A stretch of DNA of 64,000 nt, taken from positions 27,573-91,572 of the forward strand of contig CADCLU010000002.1 of the NCBI GenBank assembly GCA_902802355.1, given 5' to 3'. The notes beneath the pieces were generated by a model. It was given only the letters and a program-made list of their open reading frames with translations. It was not told where the DNA came from and did not search any database. Below, in pieces: positions 18,525 to 27,043 of the stretch; position 1 is the stretch's first letter, and each line of letters begins with the position of its first letter. Made by a program: the position numbers and the translations under genes. Source of the DNA: an uncultured Erysipelotrichaceae bacterium (lineage in GTDB: Bacteria > Bacillota_I > Bacilli_A > RFN20 > CAG-826).

Positions 18525-19209
18525 GACTCATCTTTTCGCCCGTATATGACCTCGCGTAGATGAAGAAGGACGCTAGGGCGATAAGGAAATAAGCGATGGC
18601 CGTAAGAAGATAAGGGAGATTCTTCGTCAAAGAGTCATAGAAGTTTGAGAGCCCAAAGCGGAGAAAAACCAGAACAAGAGTGCTTAAGAACCAAAGTGAG
18701 CCATACTGGACAAGTGATTTCCTTCTTATCGTCTCAAGGGAATTGTGTTTTTCCTCATTGAAGACCGCCTCATTAAGCAAAGAAGAAGACATCTCGAGGA
18801 GATCTCCCCCTTCTTCCATATAGGCCTTGACGATGGACAAGAAGACCGGGTATATATCCTCCTCGAAATATCTCAGGAGATACTCAAGCTTCTCCATCGG
18901 CGAAAGAGGGGTTATAGAATCGAGAACCTTTTTCTCCTCACCCTTCGCGTCGATGGTGGCATCTTCAAAGGCCTGGTCAAGCGACGATGTGACGGAAAGC
19001 GAAATAATGAAATGGTTGATGAAATTGAAGACCTCATGGCGTTTCCTCCTTTTTTCGAGATACCTTTTGACGATGGGTCTTATGAAAACGATCAGAACAG
19101 CGAAATAGGATAAGAAGACAATCGCTCCCAAAGGGAGGCTATTGGTTGTCACATAGGCGATGCCCCCGAAATATAGGGACAAAAGCAAATAAAGAACGAT
19201 GCCTTTCAT
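18511..19209 (-). CDS. TadB-like platform protein (single T2SSF-type domain)
   Basis: 232 aa with the same topology as its neighbour. 4-nt overlap with the ATPase stop. Confidence 0.55.
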   Translation of the reverse strand: MKGIVLYLLLSLYFGGIAYVTTNSLPLGAIVFLSYFAVLIVFIRPIVKRYLEKRRKRHEVFNFINHFIISLSVTSSLDQAFEDATIDAKGEEKKVLDSITPLSPMEKLEYLLRYFEEDIYPVFLSIVKAYMEEGGDLLEMSSSLLNEAVFNEEKHNSLETIRRKSLVQYGSLWFLSTLVLVFLRFGLSNFYDSLTKNLPYLLTAIAYFLIALASFFIYARSYTGEKMSLERK

Positions 19210-20168
19210 GACTTATTCCCCCTTTCGTAAAGCACAGTCATCTTTTGGCTATCCTCATCCAGTTTTCCAATCTCTTTGATGAAACGTTTTATAGAACCAT
19301 CTTTGGCCACTTCCTTCTCAACGTATACGTAATATCGAAGGTGCCTAGAGATATCCTCCATAAGCTCGTCTTTGAAGAGCCTTCTGTTGCCGATCATCGC
19401 TAGCCTGGCTACACGGTCAGGCATCGCTCTAAGCTCCTGGGCATGGATGGTCGTGATAATCGGATGCCCGCTCATGGCGCTAAGCAAAGCATCTAACATC
19501 TCTTCCCCTCTCGCTTCGGCTAAAACGATGTAATCAGGATCGTTTCTCAAAGCGTTCTTGATAAGGGAGGAGAAGGAGACTCCTTTCCCTTGTTCCGTAA
19601 CTAACCAAGTCGTTAAATCGATGTTCTCGTTCTCGACCATATCGAGCTCTTCAACGTTGTCGATAACGATAACCCTCGTGCAGGGCATCATATTCTGAAG
19701 GAGCCATTTCTGAAGTTCGGTTTTGCCGCTAGAGACCTTCCCTCCGATGACGATTGATTCCCCTTCTTTTATCAATCGACGCAGGATTTGCATGGATTTT
19801 TTATCGAAGAAGCCTGAATCATCGGTAATTTTGCAATCGTTGCTCTCTAACCTAAGAGAGAAGGTATAAGTCTTCTGATTTTTCCTTCTTGCAAGCGAGG
19901 AGTTGACCGCGTTGATTCGGTACCTCCCAAAACTCACATCAAGGAATGGGCTTTGGACGCTGAATTGCTTCTCCGTGAGGTTTGCAAGCTGCCTCAAGAA
20001 AGAAGAGACATCCTCCTTTTTCGCTTCAATGGATGACCTTTGCCGTCCCTTGTCATTAGAAACATAGAAAAGGGATTCTCCGTTATAAGAAATATCTGTC
20101 ACCCCTTCTTGAACTAACAAAGGCGAGAGAAAGGAGCTCTCGAGATACGCTACAGGATCTCCGCTCAT
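19206..20168 (-). CDS. CpaF/TadA/VirB11-family secretion ATPase
   Basis: Walker A GGKVSSGKT, Walker B/Asp box DPDYIVLAEARGEE, His box GHPIITTIHA. Confidence 0.85.
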   Translation of the reverse strand: MSGDPVAYLESSFLSPLLVQEGVTDISYNGESLFYVSNDKGRQRSSIEAKKEDVSSFLRQLANLTEKQFSVQSPFLDVSFGRYRINAVNSSLARRKNQKTYTFSLRLESNDCKITDDSGFFDKKSMQILRRLIKEGESIVIGGKVSSGKTELQKWLLQNMMPCTRVIVIDNVEELDMVENENIDLTTWLVTEQGKGVSFSSLIKNALRNDPDYIVLAEARGEEMLDALLSAMSGHPIITTIHAQELRAMPDRVARLAMIGNRRLFKDELMEDISRHLRYYVYVEKEVAKDGSIKRFIKEIGKLDEDSQKMTVLYERGNKS

Positions 20169-20551
20169 ATGGCTTTTCCCTCCCTAATTTCAAATGCCTT
20201 ATAAGCAGTGTATGAATACCTACCGTTGTTGAACTTGCAGGTAAAACACATGTCTACCCTTGATACGTATTCGGTTCTTTTCCCATCGCCGCCTTTGAAA
20301 TCGAGACTAACGTTCCAATCGTCGACGCTGTATTTCTCTAGGCTCACTGTGAAATAGTCATCCGCGATGTGATGAAAAAGCCTTTCGCTGAAATAGGCCG
20401 AACCCCCATAAGGATCTGAGATAACTGCGTTCTGAGCGTATGTGAAATCAAAAGCCGTGAACGTGTTCACTATGCCGTTAGAAGTATACGAATAGGAATA
20501 GGCGGAGACAGAAAGCACGAAGAGGGCCACAAAAAGAAGAAAATTAAGCAT
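20165..20551 (-). CDS. N-terminally anchored protein, unknown (pilus-associated candidate)
   Basis: 128 aa. Hydrophobic N-terminus MLNFLLFVALFVLSVSAYS. Overlaps both neighbours. Confidence 0.5.
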   Translation of the reverse strand: MLNFLLFVALFVLSVSAYSYSYTSNGIVNTFTAFDFTYAQNAVISDPYGGSAYFSERLFHHIADDYFTVSLEKYSVDDWNVSLDFKGGDGKRTEYVSRVDMCFTCKFNNGRYSYTAYKAFEIREGKAI

Positions 20552-21677
20552 CTGCTTTCACCTCCGTAACGTAGTAGCGGCTGTTGATTTTAGGACCAAC
20601 GTCATTCGAATAACGGAAGACCTTGAAATCATGAATCAACGTATCGGCATTCTGATCCCCTACGCCTTCTAAACGAATCTGGCAGTCATAGAACCTCCCA
20701 TTCATCCCTCTGACCGGCGGAAGAAAGATTTGGGTCGTCATGCCATAACCTTCGTTCTCGGAACGGTATTCGCTAGTTTGATAACGTATGTCTTCTTTAA
20801 CGAAGAGGAACTTCTTCGAACGGAGATATGATTCCTTTCCATCCGGCAAGAGCGTGAGAGGAACCGTTATGTATGGATTGTTTTTCTCATCGACCTTTCT
20901 TGTGCCGATATGAAAATCATCAAGGTAGTTATAGAAACGGACTTCCCCGCTTTTCATCGTGAGGGGAGTTGAAGAATAATCGTATTCCTGCTTATGGAAT
21001 CTCATCTCTTTAAGGGGCAAAATCCCCTGCGAATCGACCTCATATTCGTCTTTAAGGTCTTTAGAAGAAACCACCACATAATGAGCGTTGGCAAGGGCTT
21101 GTCGTCCGTTATAGTAGCCACCGAAACATTTCGAATTCGTGTATGAGTGGCCGCCCTTAAGGCTGAACTCGGTTGGAGCTATGTATCCATATGGAACCTG
21201 AACATTCCAGGATTCCACCGTTTCAGGTTTAACAAGAACCCTTGTCTCGACATCGAGATGCTGATCTTCATATCCGATGTGCATCTGAGAATATGGGACA
21301 ACGATCTCGAAATCGATAGTCTCCCCTTTCTTGTAATGGCGGAAGTCGAAACGGGCATCAAAATAACTAAGACCAGGCCTGACATCGCCTCTAATCTCGT
21401 TTTTGATTTTGCCGTTTTCCCTATATGTGTGATCGGCTTGAACGCTTAGGGTGACATCGGCATCCTTGAGCATATGCATCCTCAGGATGACCCTTCGGTC
21501 CTTTTGATCGTTTGGCTGCCAATAGAAGTCCTCAATGTAGCAGGTTTGGGTAACTGTCTGCCAGACATAATCGAAAGACCAAGCAGAGGAAAGAAACGGG
21601 GTCAAAGAACAAAGGGCAAGGAGAACTGCTTTCAGCTTGCGCCCATAAGATATCCGTATTTGTCTTTCAGCTTGCAT
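20544..21677 (-). CDS. secreted/anchored beta-rich protein, unknown function
   Basis: 377 aa. N-terminal signal-like KAVLLALCSLTPFLSSAWS. No recognisable catalytic motif. Confidence 0.55.
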   Translation of the reverse strand: MQAERQIRISYGRKLKAVLLALCSLTPFLSSAWSFDYVWQTVTQTCYIEDFYWQPNDQKDRRVILRMHMLKDADVTLSVQADHTYRENGKIKNEIRGDVRPGLSYFDARFDFRHYKKGETIDFEIVVPYSQMHIGYEDQHLDVETRVLVKPETVESWNVQVPYGYIAPTEFSLKGGHSYTNSKCFGGYYNGRQALANAHYVVVSSKDLKDEYEVDSQGILPLKEMRFHKQEYDYSSTPLTMKSGEVRFYNYLDDFHIGTRKVDEKNNPYITVPLTLLPDGKESYLRSKKFLFVKEDIRYQTSEYRSENEGYGMTTQIFLPPVRGMNGRFYDCQIRLEGVGDQNADTLIHDFKVFRYSNDVGPKINSRYYVTEVKADA

Positions 21678-21994
21678 TCTAACTTTCTCCTTTCTTGCTC
21701 ATAGAAATCTCTGTTCCCGAATTTCATCCACCAGAAGCGGTAATTGTTCCCTTTCTCGAGATAATCATTCACAAAGATGAGGCCTTGGACGAATGTGAGA
21801 TTCCTAAAGAACTCATTGGTCTTGAGGAGGAAAGAAGCATCCTTCCTAGGCATGCGGAACCTCAGATATGAGGTATTAAGGTCATACACATGCGTGTTTG
21901 AAGGGAAACCGCTATGGAACAGGGAGGAGGAATACTCCTTTTTGATGATTTCCTCTAAGCGGATGGTTTTCTTTTTCGGTTCGTTTTCGTTCAT
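21632..21994 (-). CDS. basic cytoplasmic protein, unknown function (first gene of the Tad-like operon)
   Basis: GAGGA SD lies 8 nt before the ATG at 21994 (MNENEPKKK). The 3' end overlaps the next ORF by 46 nt. Confidence 0.45.
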   Translation of the reverse strand: MNENEPKKKTIRLEEIIKKEYSSSLFHSGFPSNTHVYDLNTSYLRFRMPRKDASFLLKTNEFFRNLTFVQGLIFVNDYLEKGNNYRFWWMKFGNRDFYEQERRKLECKLKDKYGYLMGAS

Positions 21995-22135
21995 ATTGCA
22001 GGTCCTCACTTATCCAATATTGGGAAAGGGACCATTTTTCACAAAAAAGATGAAAAAACCAGGACTCATCGAAGAAGAAATTTTTCGACTCAAATTGCCG
22101 ACATCAGGAAAGAAAAAGTGGGTTATAATAAGGCC

Positions 22136-22696
22136 ATGATCATCATCGTTGGCCCAAGCGCAAGCGGTAAGACAGAAGTCGCAAAAGCTCTCAAAAAAGA
22201 CTACGACATAAAGAAAGCTATAACTCATACGACCAGAGCCCCTCGCCCAGGCGAGAGGAATGGTGTTGACTATTACTTCGTTAACGAAGAGACCTTTGAG
22301 CTCCTTAGGAAAAGCAATGCCTTCGTAGAGACCACCACCTACGGTGATTTTCATTATGGATGCTCTAAAGCCCAGGTCAGTGAGAACAAATGCGTCGTCC
22401 TCGATCCTAATGGCCTAAAGACCTTCAAGAAGCTGAATAGCAAGATCATCGTCTCCTTTCAGCTCATGGCCACCCCGACCACAAGGGAAGCGAGAATGAG
22501 GCAACGCGGAGACAAAGAAGGCGATATCTATATGCGCCTCATGAAAGACCAGAATAGCTTCTCCGCCAAAAAGCTAAACGGCTACATCGATTACAAAATC
22601 AGAACAGACAAAAAGACTCCCCAGCAGATAGCCGAGGAGATCTACGACAAATATCTCGAAGCCCTCGAGGAAAGAGGACTCAAACACAAACAGTAA
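22136..22696 (+). CDS. guanylate kinase-like nucleoside-monophosphate kinase
   Basis: P-loop IVGPSASGKT, then THTTRAPRPGERNGVDYYFV. Confidence 0.7.
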   Translation: MIIIVGPSASGKTEVAKALKKDYDIKKAITHTTRAPRPGERNGVDYYFVNEETFELLRKSNAFVETTTYGDFHYGCSKAQVSENKCVVLDPNGLKTFKKLNSKIIVSFQLMATPTTREARMRQRGDKEGDIYMRLMKDQNSFSAKKLNGYIDYKIRTDKKTPQQIAEEIYDKYLEALEERGLKHKQ

Positions 22697-22698
22697 AG

Positions 22699-23991
22699 CT
22701 ACTCGTCAGTGATGACGGGTTTCTTTTTATTCCAACGGACAAGGGCCTCGGTGACGGTGTATTCCTTGCATTTCGTGACAGTCAGTTTGATTGGGCCGTT
22801 ACTCACGACATCCCCTACTTCCGCGAATCTTCCAAGCTTATCGACGACCCAGCCTGAGACGGTCGAATAATCGTCCTCGAGGAGTTTGTCTGGATCGAGT
22901 CCGAAATAGTTATAGAAATCGTCGATATTGGTGTCACCTTTGACGATGAAGGTATTTCTCTTTGGGCCTTTGACGATGGAAGTCGATGGCTTGTCGTTCT
23001 CATCCCACATCTCGCCGACGAGTTCCTCAAGGATGTCCTCGAGGGTGATGATACCTTCGGTACCGCCGAATTCGTCTCTTACGAGAGCGATGTGATGGCG
23101 GTTCTCTTTCATGAGCTCCATGACGCTGGAGACCATCATCGTACGAGGTACGCTGACAATCGGCATGATAAGGCTCTCATAGGACGTGAAAGTGCCTTTG
23201 ACCATCTCTCTTAAGAGAGTCTTGACGGGGAGATAGCCAAGAACGTGGTCAAGGTCGCCTTTGTAGACGATGATGCGCGAGAAATCGAAAACGCCTTTGC
23301 GCTTCAAGAATTCCTCAAATGAGGAATCGGTATCGTATCCGAAGATCTTGACGCGTGGGGTCATGATCTCGTAGCAGCTAGTCTCTTTGAAATCGAGCGA
23401 CCTAAGAAGGAGCTCAGACTGGTCTTCATCAATGAGGCCTTCATCCTCAATCGCATTGACCATCGCCTCAAGCTCTTCGTCGGAAGCTACTTTGCTCTCC
23501 TCTCCTGCTTTCTCAAGGAACGGAGAAGAAATCCATTCGGCGATTTTGGTGCTTGGCCAAACGAACGGGAAGAAGATGATTTTGAGGACATTGATATATC
23601 CCGCGAAGAACCTCGAAAGGAAGAAAGAGTGGTTTTTTGCAATGGCTTTTGGTGTTATTTCACCAAAAAGGAGAAGGACGAAGAGGAGTGAAAGAGCGCC
23701 TATCGTCTCCGCCATATTCTCTAATGTAGTGCCTCTAAAGATGTCGATGAAAAGAAGAGCGGTCAACGATGAAGCAAGGACGTTCACGAAGTCGTTTCCG
23801 AAGAGGATCGTGGCAATCGTGTTGTCATAGTTCTCCGCGAGTTTGAGGGCTTTCTTGGAGGCTTTGGACTTATCTTTCTCTAGACGAGACTGACTGACAC
23901 AGGAATAAACCATGTCAGACGCGCTGAAAGAGGCGCTAAGAAGCAAGCAGACGATGATTATGGCCAAATACACGTAATCAAGCGGGCTCAT
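22699..23991 (-). CDS. CNNM/CorC-HlyC family transporter (DUF21 + CBS pair + CorC_HlyC)
   Basis: N-terminal 4-TM DUF21, CBS pair and a C-terminal transporter-associated domain. Confidence 0.75.
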   Translation of the reverse strand: MSPLDYVYLAIIIVCLLLSASFSASDMVYSCVSQSRLEKDKSKASKKALKLAENYDNTIATILFGNDFVNVLASSLTALLFIDIFRGTTLENMAETIGALSLLFVLLLFGEITPKAIAKNHSFFLSRFFAGYINVLKIIFFPFVWPSTKIAEWISSPFLEKAGEESKVASDEELEAMVNAIEDEGLIDEDQSELLLRSLDFKETSCYEIMTPRVKIFGYDTDSSFEEFLKRKGVFDFSRIIVYKGDLDHVLGYLPVKTLLREMVKGTFTSYESLIMPIVSVPRTMMVSSVMELMKENRHHIALVRDEFGGTEGIITLEDILEELVGEMWDENDKPSTSIVKGPKRNTFIVKGDTNIDDFYNYFGLDPDKLLEDDYSTVSGWVVDKLGRFAEVGDVVSNGPIKLTVTKCKEYTVTEALVRWNKKKPVITDE

Positions 23992-25010
23992 TGCTTAGCC
24001 TCCTCTAACGTGGCTTCTTTCTCGCCGATTGGGCCAACAAGTTCCTCAAGGATGTCTTCCATGGTGACCATGCCGACCAAACGGCCGTCCTTATAGACGA
24101 GAGCGGACTGGGTGTGGTTGGCTCTGAAACCATCAGTCAGATCATCGATTTTGACCTTTGGGTCAACGATATATGGTTTCTCTAAGGCTTTGTTGATGTC
24201 GAAGTTCTTCTTTTTGAGGTACATCGAAAGGAACTTCTTGACGATGAGGATGCCTTTGATGTCGTTTATCTCCCCTTCATAGACAGGGATTCTTGAATAC
24301 TGGGTCTCGCAGACGATCTTGGCGATATCGTCATTGGTAAGTCCTGATAGGTCGATGGTGAACATCTTCCTTCTTGAGGTAAGGACCTCTTTGACGGCGG
24401 TGTCACTCCAGTCGATGGAATTGATGATGACGTCGCTTTCGCTCTCCTCAATGAGGCCTTCTTCCTCTTTGAGCTCGATTGCGCTTGTGAAATCCTCTTC
24501 AGTGACCTCTGGCTCCTCTTTGGCCGGGAAGATTTTCTTGGCTAGCCAAGAAATGCCGGTGAAAACCATGGCGATTGGCCAGATGAGGAAATAGAAAAGA
24601 ATAAGAGGATAGACGACTAATGAAGCGACTTTGTTAGGGATTTTCTTTCCAATCTGTTTTGGGATTGTCTCGCCAAAGAGATAAAGGATGACGGTCATCA
24701 CGATGGTCGAGATAAGACCGGCGACGGAGGAATCAAGGTTTGGGAAGACCTTCTGGGTGAAAAGAATCGTGCTGACGACGGAGAGGACGACACTGGCGGC
24801 ATTCGTGCCGATAAGCACCACCACTAGAGTGGTATCGAATCTCTCGGCGATGAAAAGGACGGCCTTAGCCGTTCTCGATCCATGGTCCTTCTGAACCTGG
24901 AATCGGTATTTGTTCAAACAAGAAAAAGCCGTCTCAGCAAGCGCAAAGTAGGCGGCTATTATGACGAATATGATTATGAGAGCTAGGTACAGCCAACTTA
25001 GAGGGTCCAA
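23988..25010 (-). CDS. CNNM-type protein (DUF21 + CBS pair, no CorC C-domain)
   Basis: Paralog of the downstream gene with a 4-nt overlap. Ends after the CBS pair. Confidence 0.7.
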   Translation of the reverse strand: MDPLSWLYLALIIIFVIIAAYFALAETAFSCLNKYRFQVQKDHGSRTAKAVLFIAERFDTTLVVVLIGTNAASVVLSVVSTILFTQKVFPNLDSSVAGLISTIVMTVILYLFGETIPKQIGKKIPNKVASLVVYPLILFYFLIWPIAMVFTGISWLAKKIFPAKEEPEVTEEDFTSAIELKEEEGLIEESESDVIINSIDWSDTAVKEVLTSRRKMFTIDLSGLTNDDIAKIVCETQYSRIPVYEGEINDIKGILIVKKFLSMYLKKKNFDINKALEKPYIVDPKVKIDDLTDGFRANHTQSALVYKDGRLVGMVTMEDILEELVGPIGEKEATLEEAKQ

Positions 25011-25122
25011 TTGATGTCGAACTCCTTATTCGACTTTGGTATTCTACCACAAACAGGGGCGAACTTCAAAAAAGCATAAGAAAAGCGGGGCTTTTACACC
25101 CCGCTTCATAGGAGACTATGTA

Positions 25123-26946
25123 TTAGTCTTCGTCGTCTCCGCTATCGCTGCCATCATTAACATAGTTAACGAGATCGGCGGCGTAGTCGCGGGTGTCGAC
25201 TGGAGCTCCAGCGGTCAAGCCGGCTTTTCCGCAGACATCATCGATGAGCTGCTTGGCACGCTTGACGGAGAGACCACTTCTGACCTTGAAGCAAAGAGGA
25301 ATGTCTTTGTAGAGGTTCTTGTGGCCAACGTCCTGGACTGGGATTGGGGAATCGGCATAATCCTTTGGATCGAGGGCGAAGTAGAGCTTGAGGCCTTTTC
25401 CGACCATGTTGATACGGAAGTAGGTCTTGGTGTGGAGACGGAAGGTGTCACCACCATTGGCAACACGGCTCTTAAGGCCATAGCCTAAGGCGTAGGCTTT
25501 GAGGTCGTTGTAGTTGTCTTTGACTTCCTGAGGGGCGGCAGTGACTTTCTCAGCGAAGGAGAGACGGATCACTGGGGCAGCGGCTGGAGCTGGCTCCGGC
25601 TCTGGCTCAGGTGCTGGCTCTGGCTCAGGCTCAGGCTCTGGTGCTGGCTCTGGCTCAGGTGCTGGCTCTGGTGCTGGCTCGACTTCTTCCACAACAGCGA
25701 TGTTCTGGAGGTATTTGGCGAGCTCTTCGGCGATGATGGTACGGACTTCATCGGAAGTGAGGGACTCTTTCTCCTCTTTTGGAGCGCCGAGTTCTTCACG
25801 GATGATGTCACGGACTTCTTCTTTGGTAAGGGAAGGCTCTTCGGATGGTTTCATGGCGCCTTCGACTTCCTCTTTGATCATCTTTCTGAGGTCGTCAGCG
25901 GTCATGACGTCGGATTCTTCCTCTTCGACTTCTGGCTCTTTTTCCTCTTTGCAGGTGTAGTAGTCAGAAAGTTCTTCCTGGATGACTTCGCGGGCTCTTT
26001 CGTCGGTGAGAGGCTCTAATTCCTCTGGATGCTCGCGGTCGTCGAGTTCTTCACGGATGATAGCGCGGAGCTCTTTAGCGGTAAGAGGTCTATCCTCTTC
26101 TTCTGGCTCTGGCTCAGGTGCTGGCTCAGGTTTTGGTTCTTCTTTGTGCTCATGGCAATGGCACTCATGATATGGAGGATATGGCATTGGAGCACCGTTA
26201 TAGAAGTTCTGGATGATGTAAGGTCCGGCCTTCTCATCTTTCTCTTCTTCTTCGGCTTCGCATTCGCATTCCTCTTCGTCTTCTTCGTATTCGTCAGCGT
26301 TCTCATCAACAACGGCTTTCTTCTTTTTCTCTTTGGCAAGAACAGCGGTTGATTTGATGATGGCGACGAGGCCGAGGATGTAGGCGGCAAGTAAGACAAG
26401 GATAAAGAGTCCGGCAGCAAGGGCGAGACCTTTACCATATTCGCTGGAGATGGAGCTTCCGATAGCGCCTAAGGCATCGTGATAGTAGGCCATTCCATCT
26501 TTGGCCATGCCAGATCCCTCAAAGAGAGAACCCACGAAGGAGGATCCGTTTTTGGCTGGGACGATGGCGAGAGTCAAGAAAATGATGCTAAGACCCGCAC
26601 CGATTAACCAGGCGAGGTTTGGAATTAAGTGGATTGGCTTCTTCTTAACGATAAGAAGAATGAGGTTGATGATCCACATGATGACAAGAACTGCAAGGGC
26701 CGCAAGGAGCAAGACATCTACGATGAGGACGCCAATCTCAAACTTAGCAAAAAGTGCTTTGTTCTCGAAACCCATGAGAGTTCCGAACACGGCTGGCAAT
26801 TCACCGAAAGCGGCAAAGAGATCGGCGCTCTTGAACGACCAATCACCTGTCCAGCTCGGGGCCACGATGTAGACTGCGATACCAGCGCCAAATAAGACGA
26901 CTGAAAGAATCGCAAGAACGAAAATTGGAGCTTTTGATTTTTTCAT
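25123..26946 (-). CDS. membrane-anchored repetitive acidic/Pro-rich protein with conserved C-terminal globular domain
   Basis: About 6 N-terminal TM helices, acidic ECECE and HECHCHEH clusters, PEPEPAPEP tracts, five LTxEEvRxIIxEEL repeats, and C-terminal RLSFAEKV...LKLYFALDPKDY. Confidence 0.7.
   Translation of the reverse strand: MKKSKAPIFVLAILSVVLFGAGIAVYIVAPSWTGDWSFKSADLFAAFGELPAVFGTLMGFENKALFAKFEIGVLIVDVLLLAALAVLVIMWIINLILLIVKKKPIHLIPNLAWLIGAGLSIIFLTLAIVPAKNGSSFVGSLFEGSGMAKDGMAYYHDALGAIGSSISSEYGKGLALAAGLFILVLLAAYILGLVAIIKSTAVLAKEKKKKAVVDENADEYEEDEEECECEAEEEEKDEKAGPYIIQNFYNGAPMPYPPYHECHCHEHKEEPKPEPAPEPEPEEEDRPLTAKELRAIIREELDDREHPEELEPLTDERAREVIQEELSDYYTCKEEKEPEVEEEESDVMTADDLRKMIKEEVEGAMKPSEEPSLTKEEVRDIIREELGAPKEEKESLTSDEVRTIIAEELAKYLQNIAVVEEVEPAPEPAPEPEPAPEPEPEPEPAPEPEPEPAPAAAPVIRLSFAEKVTAAPQEVKDNYNDLKAYALGYGLKSRVANGGDTFRLHTKTYFRINMVGKGLKLYFALDPKDYADSPIPVQDVGHKNLYKDIPLCFKVRSGLSVKRAKQLIDDVCGKAGLTAGAPVDTRDYAADLVNYVNDGSDSGDDED
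25575..25685 (-). repeat. in-frame tandem hexanucleotide-type repeat (encodes (P-E/A)n tract)
   Basis: Plus strand shows ggctc(t/a)gg(c/t) and gctggctc units iterated over about 110 bp. A shorter second tract lies at 26098-26135. Confidence 0.8.
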
Positions 26947-27043
26947 ATAATTTCCCCTTTGAGATTATATTAGGACCAATTTTTGCGGAAAAAAAGCAAA
27001 ATAATCGGTTTTTGTGGGGGATTTTTGATATTTTTTTATCGTA

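Noticed and set aside
22010-22354. 114-aa minus-strand ORF overlapping the guanylate-kinase-like gene
   Set aside because: It is antisense to a motif-bearing P-loop kinase gene and extends through the divergent promoter region. It is a spurious ORF.
25541-25960. GAGSGSGSGAGSG-rich 139-aa ORF and the regular short repeats, which could look like a CRISPR or silk-like gene
   Set aside because: The repeats are 6-nt-scale, contiguous and spacerless, so they are not a CRISPR array. The ORF is the antisense reading of the PEPEP tract of the 607-aa gene.
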